A stretch of 64,000 bases of DNA from Azolla caroliniana (Eukaryota; Plantae; Polypodiophyta). The stretch covers positions 6,386,001 through 6,450,000 of the forward strand of contig JBHGNT010000009.1 in the NCBI GenBank assembly GCA_043228905.1, written 5' to 3'. The notes under the pieces were generated by a model, which was not told where the DNA came from, did not search any database, and saw only the letters and a program-made list of their open reading frames with translations. Made by a program: the position numbers and the translations under genes. Below, piece by piece: positions 60,990 through 64,000 of the stretch. The first letter of the stretch is position 1, and each line of letters starts with the position of its first letter.

Positions 60990-63900
60990 AAACTTGCATA
61001 CGGCCAACCTTCCACCCGGTTCATCAGATCTTCGCTCGCTAGCACTAGGTACCACATTTGTCCTACTCCCATCGGCATCGTCACCAAGTCGACCATCCAA
61101 TTGAAGACCATCCAATTGAAGTGTATGGTTGGCGGGTAGGTCGGGTGTTGAACCACCGAGTGCATTTGGCAGCTTTCGCACGTCGACACGAAGTGGTGCA
61201 CATCCTTGTACATTCCCGGCCACCAATACTTCTCCTTTAGCTTCTCGAGCGTGGCCCATGTACCCCGATGTTTGGACCAAGGGCTCTCGTGGAACTCTGT
61301 CATCAGCATTGTTTGGTCTTCAATGGTGCATCGTTCCACTTCTTTGGATGTCGCCAGATTTTCCCGCTTCGTAGGAAGAATTTGTACGCCTTCTTCCGGA
61401 GTCGATTCGCTTCCTCCCTTCTCCATCACGTGATCGCCATCATCGTGCTTAGGAATTGTCCGATTAGAAGCCACTCCCCGTCGTAGTCGTTCTCATCGAC
61501 CTCGTTTAGGGGCGGAGTGCTTTGCATGTTTACCTTCATCCGGGCTGATTTGAAGAAGTCTAGGCCGACTTCTTCATTTTCCGACACCATGCCGTGCTTG
61601 CTCTTGAAAGCATGTCGGCCATGGTGTTGTCCATTCCAGAAATATGTCGTATTTTCGGGTTCAGGGACTTGATGTATGCAATCCATCTGAGCATCACCAG
61701 ATCTTGGGTTGCGCATCCGGAAACCATACCGAGAATTGGCAGGCAGTCCGTCTCTATAATCACTTCTGTCTCGATTAAGTAGTCCTTGTCGACCTTAACC
61801 GCCGAAACGATACCCCATAGTTTGCGCTTGACCTGGGCTTATCCTCGTTGTCACTCGCTCAACACTTTTGCGTCGAACCAGATGGGAAAACGTGCGCCGT
61901 TCTCGTCTTCCTAATTTACGACCCATCCGATTTTGGTCGGGCTGGTGTCCACTGTGATGTAAACCAGAGTGTCTGGTTTGTATACGACTTTCCGTAGAGC
62001 CGGTGCAGCCGTCAACATTTCCTTTAGTCTCTGGACCGCCTCTCTGTGTTCTTCGCCCCATTCGTATTTCCTGCCTTTCTTTAGCAAGCCGTAGAGTGGC
62101 TTGGTGATATGTGCATAGTGCAGAATCCATATATGGTAGAAGGCGTATGCTCCCAAGAACCGCTGGACGTCCGTGACGGATCCACACTATTCTTTCATGG
62201 CCGGGATGGCCTCTACCTTTGCTAGGGACGTTTTTCGGCCAGATGGCCCGCACAGGTGGCCGACCACAAAGATCTCCAGTTGCCCAAAGGCCGAGTTCGC
62301 CCGGAGAAGGTAAGCCGAGCACCCTCAAGCTTCTGAAGTATCTTCTCGCAGTCGGAGATGTGGTCCGTGACAAACCTTCGACATCTGTTTGCTCTAATCG
62401 ACTCATCCTTTGTGTCCTCCGGTCACCCCTTGATAGGAATGTTGTCTAGGAATGGCATGGTGATGTCCTGGGTGCAGTCCCTCAATACTTTGTTCATCAC
62501 ATTCACCATGTGCGCCACCAAATTGGTCCCTCCTTGCGGTAGGGTACACATCCGAACTAGGCCAAGAGGAGTTCGCATCGTCGTTATGTCTTTGCTTTTG
62601 ACGGCTAATTGGAATTGGTTGTACCCCGAGTATAATTCTCCGACCGAGTATATGAACCTTCTGGCAAAGGCCTCCACGAATTCGTTGATTGACAGCCCGA
62701 CTCCCGTATTGTGAATGGTCACTTTATTGACCGGTTGCAAGTCTTGAATGAAGCGCAGTAAGCCGTTCTTCTTTTGTACTGTAAACCACCTATTTGAGTA
62801 AGGGGCACTCGACGGCTTGAGGATGCCCAACTCCATTTTTTGCTTAAGAAGCTCCATCAACTTCGGGAGGTGAGCTCTAGGTACCTGAATCGGATTGAGA
62901 CTCCATGGCACGTGCGGTACCATGAAGATTACCATTGGTTCGACAATGGTTGGGTCGACGCACTTGATCTCTCCCGGCGAGAATGCGAAGGCTTTTCCAT
63001 GCTTCTCGAGCATCCCCATGAACCGGTCCTCTTTCTCCGGTAGTAGGAAACCAACCCCACCGTTCTTCAGCTCTCGTAGCATCTTGTTAGTGAATCGGTG
63101 TCCTATGCCGACTGGATCTCGCAAGCTTGGGTCGGTAGTGACCCCCTTTATTCGTTCCCAGCTGCACTCCGGGAAGGGAGCCGCGACTGGCTTCACCTTC
63201 TGGTCCACAGACTTGTACTTTTTGTCCACGTGGGCGGTCTAATGCGCCCCGATTTCCCTCTGGAAGTTCATGATGACTTCGTACATCTCGACTGAATTAA
63301 TCGGTATGATCCGGTCTTCACTTAGACCCCTTTCGACTACCCTCTCGATCTCCCCAAGGGTGTCATCGAATGAGACTACCTCCACGACGTCGCCAATCTC
63401 CTCGTGGGGGCCCAAGGCTCCACACTCCTTCAAGCTCCCTTCGACTCGTTTCTTGTTCCGACCACTAATGCCAGTTATGGTACAACCTCCGTTGTCAAAG
63501 AACAAAATTTTCCTACCTATACTACAGGTGTGGGGTTTGTTCCGGTCGTCCAGACTATCGCGGCCCCACGCCTTGATAGCCCTTTTTAAAAATCCTCTTA
63601 GCTGTCCTTGTCGAGAGTGTCTCTATTGCGCTCATGGTTTTGTTGTATTGTCAGTAACTAAATGGAGTGACGAGCGTCTTGACTCTTCACCCTTGCATAG
63701 GCCGAACCATTGTGCAACACTTTGGTTTCCATTCGTGCGGCTGTGATATATGGCTCGCTGAGGATGACCGGATGAGAGGATTTCTCTTGCACGAAAAAGT
63801 GTTGGTCTATGTCAATGTCACCGACCCTTACTTGTACATTCAGGCAAGCCCCGTGTAGCTCCTCCGTGGCCCGCGTAGCCGCGCGTATCTTCCACCCGTG

Positions 63901-64000
63901 CTTGGTGTTGATTGGTCATTTGCCCTTTTTGAAGAAGTCAATGGACATTAGGTTAATTTCCGACCCATGGTCAATCAACGCCACCACTGGCTCCTTCACA
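60990..64000 (-). mobile_element. Ty3/gypsy L pol fragment (protease, RT, RNase H, N-terminal integrase; degenerate), interrupted by F
   Basis: LIDHGSEIN at the window end; KYKSVDQKVKPV, DLQPVNKVTI, LPQGGTN, FLDNIPIKG, VDTSP, HES...HRG...CESC. Confidence 0.85.

Overview
Eukaryotic land-plant DNA. A fern or other seed-free vascular plant is likely; this is an inference from the retroelement families and microsatellite style. One host gene, a 3-exon GSO1/SGN3-like LRR-XI receptor kinase (20828-25699, +), sits in an AT-rich island between two blocks of nested LTR retrotransposons. Left block (1-12.5 kb): a LINE ORF1-like 5' end; copia B (TSD ATTGT); chromovirus C inserted in B's LTR; and a young, intact 1360-aa copia A inserted in C. 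Right block (32-64 kb): copia G, H, E and F; chromovirus fragment J; full-length chromovirus D (TSD GCTGA); solo LTRs I and K; and a second Ty3/gypsy lineage L. The most striking signal is an LTR architecture shared by three divergent chromovirus-type LTR families. All three have an antisense tRNA-like A-box/B-box module at the LTR tip, and the C/J and D families also have a heat-shock-element array. A TATA box is followed 31-33 nt later by a 12-mer that, in C and D, is complementary to a non-tRNA PBS with compensatory differences, pointing to Tf1-style self-priming. C and D also share a -1 frameshift signal between gag and pol. All coordinates were read by eye and no database searches were run.
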